In this document: in pieces, positions 9,697-18,150 of the stretch
Layout of the letters: each line of letters starts with the position of its first letter
Position numbering within the stretch: the first letter of the stretch is position 1
Assembly (NCBI GenBank): GCA_002436105.1
Contig: DIXU01000001.1
Location: 265,500-329,499 of the forward strand
DNA from: Candidatus Aminicenantes bacterium UBA6072
Lineage (GTDB): Bacteria > Acidobacteriota > Aminicenantia > UBA2199
DNA: 64,000 nucleotides
Direction: 5' to 3'
Translations under genes and position numbers: made by a program
The notes under the pieces: model-generated
Told to the model about the DNA's origin: nothing
The model's input: only the letters and a program-made list of their open reading frames with translations
Databases searched by the model: none

Positions 9697-12252
9697 ATGA
9701 AAAAAATTCTGCCGGTCATTCTGCTCCTGTCCGCGCTGGCCGCTCCGGCCCGGTCCCTTCAGACCCCCGACCAGTTCCTCGGCTTCCAGCTGGGTAGCGA
9801 CGGCAACCTGGCCCATTACGACCGCATCAAGGCCTACTTCGAGCATCTGGCCGGCGAATCCCCGCGCGTCCGGACCGTGACTCTCGGCAAGACCACCCTG
9901 GGCAATGACCTGTTCATGGCCCTCATCTCCTCGGAAGCCAACCTCAGGGACATGGACCGGATCAAGTCCGTCGCCCGCACCCTGGCCCAGGGCGAGGCCG
10001 ACGCGGCCGAGGCCGGGCGCCTGGCCGACTCGGGCAAGGCCATCGTCGCCATCACCTGCAACCTGCATTCCACCGAGATCGCCTCCTCGCAGATGGCCAT
10101 GGAGCTGGGTTACCGCCTGGCCGCCGGCGGCGCCGACGTCCGGGACATCCTGGACAGCGTCGTCGTGGCGCTGTTCCCCTCGGTCAACCCCGACGGCCAG
10201 ATCATGGAGGTGGAATGGTACGCCAGGACCCGCGGCACGGAATACGAGGGGACAAGTGCCCCCTACCTCTACCACTGGTACGCCGGCCACGACAACAACC
10301 GCGACTGGTTCAAGGGCAGCCTCAAGGAAACGGCGCTGATCCTGAAGGCGCTCTATCACGACCTGCACCCGCAGCTGCTGGTCGACGAGCACCAGATGGG
10401 CTCGAGCGGCGACCGCCTGTTCATCCCCCCCTACCAGGACCCGCCCACTCCGGGAGTGCACCCGCTGGTGTGGCGCAGCATCAACCTCATCGGCTCGCGC
10501 ATCGCCTATGACCTGGAAAAGCTCGGCCTGAAAGGGGTGGCCTCGCGCGGCTTCTTTACCGGCTGGTGGATCGGCTCGCTGGACGACACGGCCTGGTTTC
10601 ACAACATCCCCGGAATCCTGTTCGAGGGGGCCTCGACGCGCCTGGCCTCGCCGATCTACGTCGAGCCCGAGGAGGTGCAGAGCGCCGAGAGCCCCGGCAA
10701 CGAGGAGCGCATCTTCAGCCCCAGCCCCTGGCAGGGCGGCTGGTGGCGCCTCGCCGACCTGATGCGCTACGACCTGCAGGCCACCCTGTCGGTGCTGGCC
10801 ACGTCGGCGCGCATGCGCAGGGAACTGCTGCTCGACACCTGGCAGGCGGCGCGCGAGAACATCGCCCGCGGCCGCGACGAGGCGCCCTACGCCTTCGTCA
10901 TCCCGCGCCGGCAGCACGACCCGGGGGCGGCCGAGCGCCTGGTCCAGGTCCTGCTCCGCTCCGGCATCCGCGTCTTCCGGCTCAGCCACCCCGCCCGCGT
11001 CGGCGATACGATGTTCGACAAGCGCTCCTATGTCGTCCCCCTGTCGCAGCCCTACCGCGCCTTCGTCAAGAACATCTTCGAGAAGCAGCGCTATCCCGAC
11101 CTGCGCAGGGATCGCAAGGCCGATCCGGAACTGCCGTACGACATGGCCGCCTGGACACTGCCCCTGGGCATGGGCGTGCGCAGCGAGGCGGTCAACGAAC
11201 CGCTGCAGGCCGTGATGGAGCCGGTCGGCGCCGAACCGTCGCCGCCGCTTCCCTTTCCCGAAGAGCTTGAGGAATACATCGTCCTCGACGCGCGCCACAA
11301 CGCCTCCTACCGCGCCGCCTTCGAGCTGCTGGGCAGGGGCAAGGCGGTCTACCGCAACCAGGACCACCCCGATTTTCCCCGGGGCTCGTTCCTGGTCAAG
11401 AAAAGCGAGACGCTGGAACTGCTGCGGGCCATCCACGCCGAGGCGCCGCTGGCCCCCGCCTCGAGAAAGGAGCTGCCGCTGGGGCAGTTCCGCCGCCTGC
11501 GGCCCTTCCAGGCCGGGCTCTACCAGAACTGGGGGCATAACATGACCGAGGGCTGGCTGCGCTACGTGTTCGACGAATACAAGGTCCCCTACGAGACGGT
11601 GCGCCCCAAGGACGCGGCCCGCAAGGACTGGGACAAGAAATTCGCCGTCATGGTCTTCGCCGGCGCCTCGGAGAGCGAGATCGAAACCGGCAAGCCGCCC
11701 AAGGAGCGGCAGAAGTGGGCGGCGCCGGTCCCGGCCGAATACTCGGGCGGCATCGGCGCGGAAGGCGAAAAGGAACTCAACGATCTGATAAAAAAGGGGA
11801 AAACCCTGGTCTTCATGGAAAATTCCTGCGACTACGCCATCAACAAGCTCAAGCTGCCGGTGAGCAACATCATGGAGAAGAATACCCGGGTGGTCTGCCC
11901 CGGCTCCTACCTGCGGGCGCAAGTGAAGGAATCGCCCCTGACCCTGGGCATGGACAGGAGCGCCGCCGTCTTCTTCCGCTCGACACCCACCTTCGAGACG
12001 CGGCTGCCCCGCGCCGCCGGCGAAAGCCGCTCCACGCCGCTGGTCTTCGGCGAGCGCGACCTGCTGCTGTCAGGCTGGCTGGATGGCGAGGAGCACCTGG
12101 CGCGCAGATCGCTGCTGGTCGATTATCGCCGGGGCAAGGGCCGGATCATCCTCATCGGTCCCGACGTCGTCCACCGCACCCACGGCGAGGGGACGTACAA
12201 GATCATCTTCAACTCGCTGCTGGCCGCCGCCGAAGAGAACCAGAAGAAGTAA
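9697..12252 (+). CDS. M14 family metallocarboxypeptidase-like protein, secreted, large multi-domain (851 aa)
   Basis: Signal peptide, then an M14-like N-terminal domain (HSTEIASSQMAMEL..., HDNNRDW, ...DEHQMGS). ttTATAATcg box and GGAGG SD upstream. Confidence 0.8.
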   Translation: MKKILPVILLLSALAAPARSLQTPDQFLGFQLGSDGNLAHYDRIKAYFEHLAGESPRVRTVTLGKTTLGNDLFMALISSEANLRDMDRIKSVARTLAQGEADAAEAGRLADSGKAIVAITCNLHSTEIASSQMAMELGYRLAAGGADVRDILDSVVVALFPSVNPDGQIMEVEWYARTRGTEYEGTSAPYLYHWYAGHDNNRDWFKGSLKETALILKALYHDLHPQLLVDEHQMGSSGDRLFIPPYQDPPTPGVHPLVWRSINLIGSRIAYDLEKLGLKGVASRGFFTGWWIGSLDDTAWFHNIPGILFEGASTRLASPIYVEPEEVQSAESPGNEERIFSPSPWQGGWWRLADLMRYDLQATLSVLATSARMRRELLLDTWQAARENIARGRDEAPYAFVIPRRQHDPGAAERLVQVLLRSGIRVFRLSHPARVGDTMFDKRSYVVPLSQPYRAFVKNIFEKQRYPDLRRDRKADPELPYDMAAWTLPLGMGVRSEAVNEPLQAVMEPVGAEPSPPLPFPEELEEYIVLDARHNASYRAAFELLGRGKAVYRNQDHPDFPRGSFLVKKSETLELLRAIHAEAPLAPASRKELPLGQFRRLRPFQAGLYQNWGHNMTEGWLRYVFDEYKVPYETVRPKDAARKDWDKKFAVMVFAGASESEIETGKPPKERQKWAAPVPAEYSGGIGAEGEKELNDLIKKGKTLVFMENSCDYAINKLKLPVSNIMEKNTRVVCPGSYLRAQVKESPLTLGMDRSAAVFFRSTPTFETRLPRAAGESRSTPLVFGERDLLLSGWLDGEEHLARRSLLVDYRRGKGRIILIGPDVVHRTHGEGTYKIIFNSLLAAAEENQKK

Positions 12253-12264
12253 GGGCCCGCAAAA

Positions 12265-12888
12265 TCAGCCAGCCGGGAGGGAGGGAAAGCCCAACCACCG
12301 TGCCGTGATCCGCATATAGTCGCGATAAGACTGGCCGAATTTCCCGAGGCAGTATTCTTCTTCGCGGATCATCTGGGAGCGCTGCAGAAAAAAGGTGATC
12401 AGCGTGATCACGGCGAACAGCCAGGAAAGGGAAGCCACGCTGACCGCGGCGTAGACGAGCAGCATGGACAGATACATGGGGTGGCGGGAGAACCGATAGA
12501 TGCCCGACGTGAATGGCCGGCCCGGAGGGGTCGCAGCGACCCGGCAAGAAGCCAGCAGCAGCACGGCAACCCCGGCGGCGAATATTCCCAACCCGACCCA
12601 AAACCATGCCGTTCCGGTCCGGAAGGGCAGGAAAACGGAGTACAGCGTGGCGCCGATCCAGAATCCCTGGGTGAGAAACAACATGATGCGGTCCTTCCGG
12701 CTGCGGATGATTCCGGCCACATGACTCGTGCGCTCGCCGATGCCACTGGGCAGCAGGATCACGGCGAGCCATTGCAAGGGATAGATGATCATGAACAGCC
12801 ATGCATTGGCGAGGCCGATTTCAAAGGCGGGTCTCCATGACATGGTGAACCTCCCGTCGGGATTGGCGCTGGAAGCATAGGGTAGCAC
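12265..12888 (-). CDS. Isoprenylcysteine carboxyl methyltransferase (ICMT/PEMT) family membrane methyltransferase
   Basis: 207-aa polytopic protein with the C-terminal RHPMY...EEEYCLGKFGQSYRDY motif typical of ICMT/phospholipid methyltransferase families. Confidence 0.7.
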   Translation of the reverse strand: MLPYASSANPDGRFTMSWRPAFEIGLANAWLFMIIYPLQWLAVILLPSGIGERTSHVAGIIRSRKDRIMLFLTQGFWIGATLYSVFLPFRTGTAWFWVGLGIFAAGVAVLLLASCRVAATPPGRPFTSGIYRFSRHPMYLSMLLVYAAVSVASLSWLFAVITLITFFLQRSQMIREEEYCLGKFGQSYRDYMRITARWLGFPSLPAG

Positions 12889-13003
12889 AAGATGAACGGC
12901 CGAAGAAGAGCTGCAGGGGTCAGCCGGGAAGCTTTCCCTGGGGTCCGTCCGTCGCCGGAAGTTTCTCCCGGCGCCGACGACCGGTCACGCCGCAACGCCT
13001 ATT

Positions 13004-14581
13004 TCAGCGCGGCAACTTCTCTCGGCGTTGGCGGTGGTGTGAAATCGCCCGGCGGTGGACCTCGTCGCGCACCTGCTGCAGCAGCAGGCGCAAAGGGGAA
13101 CCCGCTGCCGGCACCGTGGACGTGCCGTCCTCCAGGAACAGGCGCTCTTCCTTCTTGGCCAGGGCCAGCAGGTCGCAGGAGAGCCCCAGGTCGGCCTTGA
13201 CCTGGCGGGCCGCGCCCAGTTGCGGCAAACCGCCATCCAAGAGCAGCAGGTCGGGGACGGGCGCAGTCCCGGCGAAACGGCGCCGCAGGACCTCTTCCAG
13301 CGCTTCGCTGTCGCCGGGGGGGGCATTGCGAATGAGATAGCTGCGGTAGAGGCGCTTTTCCGGTTGACCTTCCCTGAACGCCACCATGGCGCCGACACGG
13401 TTCTTTTCTCCCAGGTGGGAGATGTCGAAGCCCTCGATGTGCGAGGGAAAATTCCGCAGCCGCAGCATGCTTTGGATCTCAGCGCCCAGGGCGCGATAAT
13501 CGCTCTTCTGCACGAACAGCGCCAGGTTCTTCCGCGCCAGGTCCAGGACCCGTTTCTTGCCGCCGCGCTGGGCGCAGCGGATGAGGACACGGCGCCCCGC
13601 CCGGGCGGAGAACATCCCGGCCATCTCCCTTGCCTGAGCCGGCGGCCGGGAAACAATGATTTCACCCGGCAGGGGCCGCAGACGGTAAAAATCGACGAGA
13701 AACTCGCGCAGCGCCTCTTCCTCCGATTCGCACAGCGTCGGCAGGTGGAAGAACTCGCCGCGGATCACCCGTCCCTCGCTGAGGGCCAGGCGGACAAAAA
13801 AACCCTCCCGCCCCAGCAGCGAAGCGGCGATCACGTCGCAGTCGCCGCGGGTGCGGCGGACAATATAGGGGCGCAGCGAAAACCCGCCCAGCACCTCCAG
13901 GTCCTCCTTGGCCTTCTGAGCCCCCTCGAAGTCCTGGCGCGCCGCCAGGACCCGCATGCGCGCGCGCAGCCGGGCGCCGGCCTTGCCCTTGCGGCCCTTG
14001 AGCAGGTCGACGGCCCCGGCGACCTGGCGGCGGTAGTCGTCGGTCCCGATCCTGCCGGCGCAGGGGGCCGAGCAGCGCTCGATGTGGTGAAAGAGGCAGG
14101 GGATGCCCTTGCGGAAGAGGGCGGCACCGCAGGTGCGCAGGCGGAACAGGCGGGAAACGAAGTCGATCAGTCGCCGCGCCCTGCGGGCATCCACCAGCGG
14201 CCCGAGGGCGAAACTGCCGGCGGCGACGCGCCGTGAGTAGAAGATGCCGGGAAACTCGTCCGCCAGCGTGATCTCGATGAACGGGAAGCTCTTGTCGTCC
14301 TTGAGCCGGATATTGAACGGGGGCAGATGGCTGTGCACCAGGTCGTTCTCCAGCAGCAGGGCGTCCGTCTCGCTCTCGGTGACGATGGTCTCCAGGGAAG
14401 CGGAACGCTCGAGCAGGCGCCGTACCAGGGGGTCGTCCTGCCTGCGGAAATACTGGGAGACGCGCTTGCGCAGGTCGGCCGCCTTGCCGATGTAGAGAGG
14501 TTTGCCGGCGGCGGACTTGAACAGGTAGACTCCGGGCCGCTCGGGAAGGTTGCCGCTACTTTTCAGCACCTGCGCCGGCAC
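13004..14581 (-). CDS. uvrC: Excinuclease ABC subunit C
   Basis: GIY-YIG block is PGVYLFKSAAGKPLYIGKAADLRKRVSQYF. UvrC-type RNase H-like and HhH C-terminal regions are present. The longest ORF extends to 14740, but that would overlap bamD by 185 bp. A GTG (V54) start near 14581 is more plausible. Confidence 0.85.
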   Translation of the reverse strand: MPAQVLKSSGNLPERPGVYLFKSAAGKPLYIGKAADLRKRVSQYFRRQDDPLVRRLLERSASLETIVTESETDALLLENDLVHSHLPPFNIRLKDDKSFPFIEITLADEFPGIFYSRRVAAGSFALGPLVDARRARRLIDFVSRLFRLRTCGAALFRKGIPCLFHHIERCSAPCAGRIGTDDYRRQVAGAVDLLKGRKGKAGARLRARMRVLAARQDFEGAQKAKEDLEVLGGFSLRPYIVRRTRGDCDVIAASLLGREGFFVRLALSEGRVIRGEFFHLPTLCESEEEALREFLVDFYRLRPLPGEIIVSRPPAQAREMAGMFSARAGRRVLIRCAQRGGKKRVLDLARKNLALFVQKSDYRALGAEIQSMLRLRNFPSHIEGFDISHLGEKNRVGAMVAFREGQPEKRLYRSYLIRNAPPGDSEALEEVLRRRFAGTAPVPDLLLLDGGLPQLGAARQVKADLGLSCDLLALAKKEERLFLEDGTSTVPAAGSPLRLLLQQVRDEVHRRAISHHRQRREKLPR

Positions 14582-15401
14582 CGTCCTGCCCCGTCGGGGC
14601 TTCCTTTTTTTCCTTTTCCGCCAGGCGGGCGAGCTTATTGATCCGGCGCTGAGCCTTGCGGGCATACTTGGAGCCGGCATGGCTGCCGACCACGCGCTGG
14701 AAGAACGAGAGGGCAGTGGCGTGATCCTGCATGGCGGCATACGTCCGGCCGGTGTAATAGAGAAGCTTGTCGTTGCCGTTGAACTCGGGATATTCGTCCA
14801 TGACCTGCTTGAAGCGGGCGATGGCCCCCTCGTAGGATTTCATCAGGAGGTTGTAGTAGCCGATGCGGAAGAAATGGGTGGCCAGGACCTGCCGGCACTC
14901 GTCGATCTTCTTCTTGGCTTCGCCGGCCTCGGGGGTGCCGGGATACTGCTGGATCACCCCCTCGAAGGCCTTGACGGCGCTGAAGGTGTTGGTCTGGTCG
15001 CGCTCGGGCTTGCGCATCTGCTTGTAATAGCACATGCCGATCTGGTACTTGGCGTAGACGGCATCGGGTGAATAGGGGAAGAGGCTGACGTATTCCTGGT
15101 ACTCGGCGGCGGCCATGATCAGCGACGAGGAGTCGCGCTCCCTGAAGTAGGAGTCGGCGATGCCCAGCTTGGCCTTGTTGGCATAGATGGAGTCGGGATA
15201 GAGCTGCCCGATCTCCTTGAACAGCAGGCGGGCCTTGTCCGGGTCGCGGGTCATGTATTTCATGGCATTTTCGTACATGGTCTTGTCCGAGCCCTTCTCG
15301 CTCGGGTCGATGGTGACCGTCTTCTTGGAACGGCAGCCGGCCAAGGCGACCAGCAGCACCAGGGAGATCAGCAGGGCGGTTTTTTTCATGAACGGCTCCA
15401 A
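14556..15401 (-). CDS. bamD: Outer membrane protein assembly factor BamD-like TPR lipoprotein
   Basis: 281 aa with lipoprotein signal (LVALAGCRS). TPR-like repeats and a Lys-rich C-terminus fit BamD/YfiO family architecture. Confidence 0.7.
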   Translation of the reverse strand: MEPFMKKTALLISLVLLVALAGCRSKKTVTIDPSEKGSDKTMYENAMKYMTRDPDKARLLFKEIGQLYPDSIYANKAKLGIADSYFRERDSSSLIMAAAEYQEYVSLFPYSPDAVYAKYQIGMCYYKQMRKPERDQTNTFSAVKAFEGVIQQYPGTPEAGEAKKKIDECRQVLATHFFRIGYYNLLMKSYEGAIARFKQVMDEYPEFNGNDKLLYYTGRTYAAMQDHATALSFFQRVVGSHAGSKYARKAQRRINKLARLAEKEKKEAPTGQDGAGAGAEK

Positions 15402-16051
15402 TACAGTTGATTTTCAAACTCTTTGATCTTGCCGGCGATATCGGTGGCGTTGAACAATGCGGTGCCGATGACGAACAAATCGGCGCCCGCCTCCTTCAGC
15501 CGGGCAACGTTCCCGGGATGGATGCCCCCGTCCACCTGCAGCAGGGCCTTGCTCCCCAGAGCGGCCAGTTCCATTTTCAGGACGGATACGCGGTCCAGGG
15601 TGGCGGGAATGAACGACTGCCCCCCGTAGCCGGGGAAGACGCTCATGAGCAGGACGTAGTCCAGCTCGGCCAGGTACGGACGCAGCCGCTCCAGCGGCGT
15701 GTCGGGATTCAGGACCAGGCCGGCGCGGCAGCCGTCGGCGCGGATCCGCCGCAGCAGCCCGCCGATGTCGGTCGCCGCTTCGGCATGGAATGATATCCAG
15801 TCGACACCGGCCCGGATGAAATGCGCCGCCGCTTTCTCCGGATTGCCGACCATCAGGTGGGCGTCGAGGCCGAAGCGAAAGCGTTCGCGGACGGCGCGTG
15901 CCAGCGAGGGCCCGAACGAGATCTGGTCGACGAAATGTCCGTCCATGACGTCCAGGTGGATGAAATCGATGCCGCTGGCGGCGAAGGCGCTCAGCTTGGC
16001 CTCCAGGTTGAAGAAATTCGTCGACAGGATGGAGGGGAAGACGGGATTCAT
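15386..16051 (-). CDS. rpe: Ribulose-phosphate 3-epimerase
   Basis: Contains PSILSTNFFNLEAKL...DFIHLDVMDGHFV, the canonical RPE motifs. Confidence 0.9.
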   Translation of the reverse strand: MNPVFPSILSTNFFNLEAKLSAFAASGIDFIHLDVMDGHFVDQISFGPSLARAVRERFRFGLDAHLMVGNPEKAAAHFIRAGVDWISFHAEAATDIGGLLRRIRADGCRAGLVLNPDTPLERLRPYLAELDYVLLMSVFPGYGGQSFIPATLDRVSVLKMELAALGSKALLQVDGGIHPGNVARLKEAGADLFVIGTALFNATDIAGKIKEFENQLYWSRS

Positions 16052-16770
16052 TGGCTGACCTGGATGCCGATCTGGTTCCGGGCGCCGATCTCGAACCCCG
16101 GCGCCGGGAACTGCTTGAGGATGATGCCCGGCTTCAGCCCGAAATAGGGCATCTCCTCGATCTTCGATATTTTCAGTCCGTGGCTTTCGAAGAACACCAG
16201 GACCCTGGCCGCCTCCTTGCCGATCAGGTCGGGCATGACGTACGAGGCCCCCTCGCCGCCCCGGGAAATGAGCAGGTCGACGGCCGAGTTCTCGGGCACG
16301 CGGCTGCCGGCCGGCAGCGATTGGCTGATGACGCTGTCGGGCATGGCCTCGGCGGCGCTGATAAAGGCGGTATGGCCCTTTTTCAGCTTGCTCTTCTTCA
16401 GCAGCAGCTCGCTCTGCTTCTGGCTCAAGCGGACCAGCTGCGGAACGATCACCTGCCCCGGTTCCGAGGCGACGAAGATCTTGATGACCGCCTTTTCCTT
16501 GACACGGGTCTCTGGTGCCGGGAACTGGCTGACCACGGTGTTCGGGGCGTAGGCGCTGCCGAAGTCGCCGATGACCTTTTTGAGATAGACCCCTTTCCTG
16601 GCGGCGACGGCGTAGGCCTCCTGCAGGGGCAGGCCGGTCAGGTCGGGTGAGCTGACCTCGGCCCCCTTGACCAGCAGGCTGACGGTGAAAAACACGGCCA
16701 GGACCATGACCAGGGAGTAACCGGCAAGGATCCCGACGGCCTTCCCGGCCAGCACCATTTTCTTGTTCAT
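16048..16770 (-). CDS. PASTA domain-containing membrane-anchored protein
   Basis: N-terminal TM helix followed by three PASTA-like repeats (GLPLQEAYAVAARKGV..., VPQLVRLSQKQ..., MPDLIGKEAARV...). Confidence 0.7.
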   Translation of the reverse strand: MNKKMVLAGKAVGILAGYSLVMVLAVFFTVSLLVKGAEVSSPDLTGLPLQEAYAVAARKGVYLKKVIGDFGSAYAPNTVVSQFPAPETRVKEKAVIKIFVASEPGQVIVPQLVRLSQKQSELLLKKSKLKKGHTAFISAAEAMPDSVISQSLPAGSRVPENSAVDLLISRGGEGASYVMPDLIGKEAARVLVFFESHGLKISKIEEMPYFGLKPGIILKQFPAPGFEIGARNQIGIQVSQ

Positions 16771-16840
16771 CAGGGCCCTAATTTACCATATCACCCCGGT
16801 GATTGCAAACCGCAAAGAGCGGAAGATCAGGCATCCAGCG

Positions 16841-17398
16841 TCATTTTCGCAGGCGCAGCAGCCGCTCGGCCTTGGAAAAAACGCAGCCGCAGTAGTCCTG
16901 GTGGCGTATCCCCAGCACCGCCGCCCGCGCCCGGGCCGCCGGCCAGCCGTCGCGCTTCTTGAAGTTCTCGGCCAGGAAATCGACACCGGTTTCTCGCGCC
17001 AGCTCCAGCCCCTGCGCGTTGACCTGGGCAGTCGCCTTGTAGGGGCTGATCGACAGGGTGCTGGCCACGATGTCGAAGCCGCTGATCCGGGCATGCAGCA
17101 TGGTCTTCCTCAGCCGCAGCCGGAAACAGACCGAACAGCGCCGGCCGCGCTCGGGCTCGCGCTCCAGCCCGCGCACGGCGGCGAACCATTCCGCCATGTC
17201 GTACGGGGCGAACACTACCGGCCAGGAGAGCTTTTCCGCCAGGCGCGCCACTTCCAGGCGGCGGAATTCGTACTCGCGGAACGGCTGGATGTTGGGATTG
17301 CAGAAGAAGCCGGTCACCTGGAAGCCGGCCGCGCGCAGTTGTTCCAGCACATGGGGCGAGCACGGCCCGCAGCAGACATGGAGCAGCAGTTTTTTCAC
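16841..17398 (-). CDS. queH: Epoxyqueuosine reductase QueH (DUF208)
   Basis: N-terminal MKKLLLHVCCGPCS and conserved Cys pattern of QueH. Confidence 0.85.
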   Translation of the reverse strand: MKKLLLHVCCGPCSPHVLEQLRAAGFQVTGFFCNPNIQPFREYEFRRLEVARLAEKLSWPVVFAPYDMAEWFAAVRGLEREPERGRRCSVCFRLRLRKTMLHARISGFDIVASTLSISPYKATAQVNAQGLELARETGVDFLAENFKKRDGWPAARARAAVLGIRHQDYCGCVFSKAERLLRLRK

Positions 17399-18150
17399 AG
17401 GCCGTGCAGGCGCCGCAGCTCATGCATCAGGATGCAGGCGCTGACCCCGACGTTGAGCGAGTCGATGCGCTGCTCCTGGTCCAGGCGGATGCGCGGGAAT
17501 CTTTCCAGCAGCCGCGGGTCCAGGCCCGGCCCCTCGCCTCCGAAGAGCAGCAGGCAGGGGAATTCAATGCGCGCCATGTCCAGCTGGCCGCCGCCGGAAC
17601 GCGAGCCGGTCACGTAAACGCGGGCAGCAGCGCCCTGGGCCGCGGCGATCAGCTCATCGGGGCCGCGGAAGACCTGGAACGGCACATCCAGCAGGGCGGT
17701 CTGGGCGGCGCGAACGACCTTGGGGTGGTTGGGGCGGGCGCCGTCGCCGGCCAGCGCCAGCGCCGGCAGGTTGAACGCCGAGGCGCAACGGAACACCGTT
17801 CCCAGGTTGCCCGGATCCTGGACGCCGACGAGCCCGAAAACGACCCGGCAGCGGCGGAAATCGATGCGCGTCTCCGGCAGGGCCAGGACGGCGACCAGCT
17901 CCGGCGGGCTCTTCATCCCGCTCACCTTGGCCATCACCCGCGGGCTTACCCGCCAATGCTCGCCCACCTCGGCCCGCGGCAGCGGCAGGGCGGCGCCCAG
18001 GTCGGTGCGGACCAGCAGCTTGTCGACGCGCAGGGAGCGGGCGAGGAGATCGCGGACCAGCTTGTCGCCGGCGAAAAAAAACCAGCTCTCCCTGGCGGCC
18101 AGCAATTCCTTCAGCCTCGGGTTGTCAGGGGAAACGATGTCAGTCTTCAT
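17395..18150 (-). CDS. SpoU/TrmH family RNA 2'-O-methyltransferase
   Basis: SPOUT motifs (LLLFGGEGPGL, IPMxG-like, SLNVGVSACILMHEL). The longest ORF runs to 18252 but would overlap the upstream rSAM gene. The Met at about 18150 is likely the start. Confidence 0.8.
   Translation of the reverse strand: MKTDIVSPDNPRLKELLAARESWFFFAGDKLVRDLLARSLRVDKLLVRTDLGAALPLPRAEVGEHWRVSPRVMAKVSGMKSPPELVAVLALPETRIDFRRCRVVFGLVGVQDPGNLGTVFRCASAFNLPALALAGDGARPNHPKVVRAAQTALLDVPFQVFRGPDELIAAAQGAAARVYVTGSRSGGGQLDMARIEFPCLLLFGGEGPGLDPRLLERFPRIRLDQEQRIDSLNVGVSACILMHELRRLHGL

Noticed and set aside
13004-14740. UvrC with a 53-aa N-terminal extension overlapping bamD by 185 bp
   Set aside because: The extension is Ser/Arg/Lys-rich and is not part of the GIY-YIG domain. 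A GTG start near 14581 gives a canonical UvrC N-terminus and only a short overlap.
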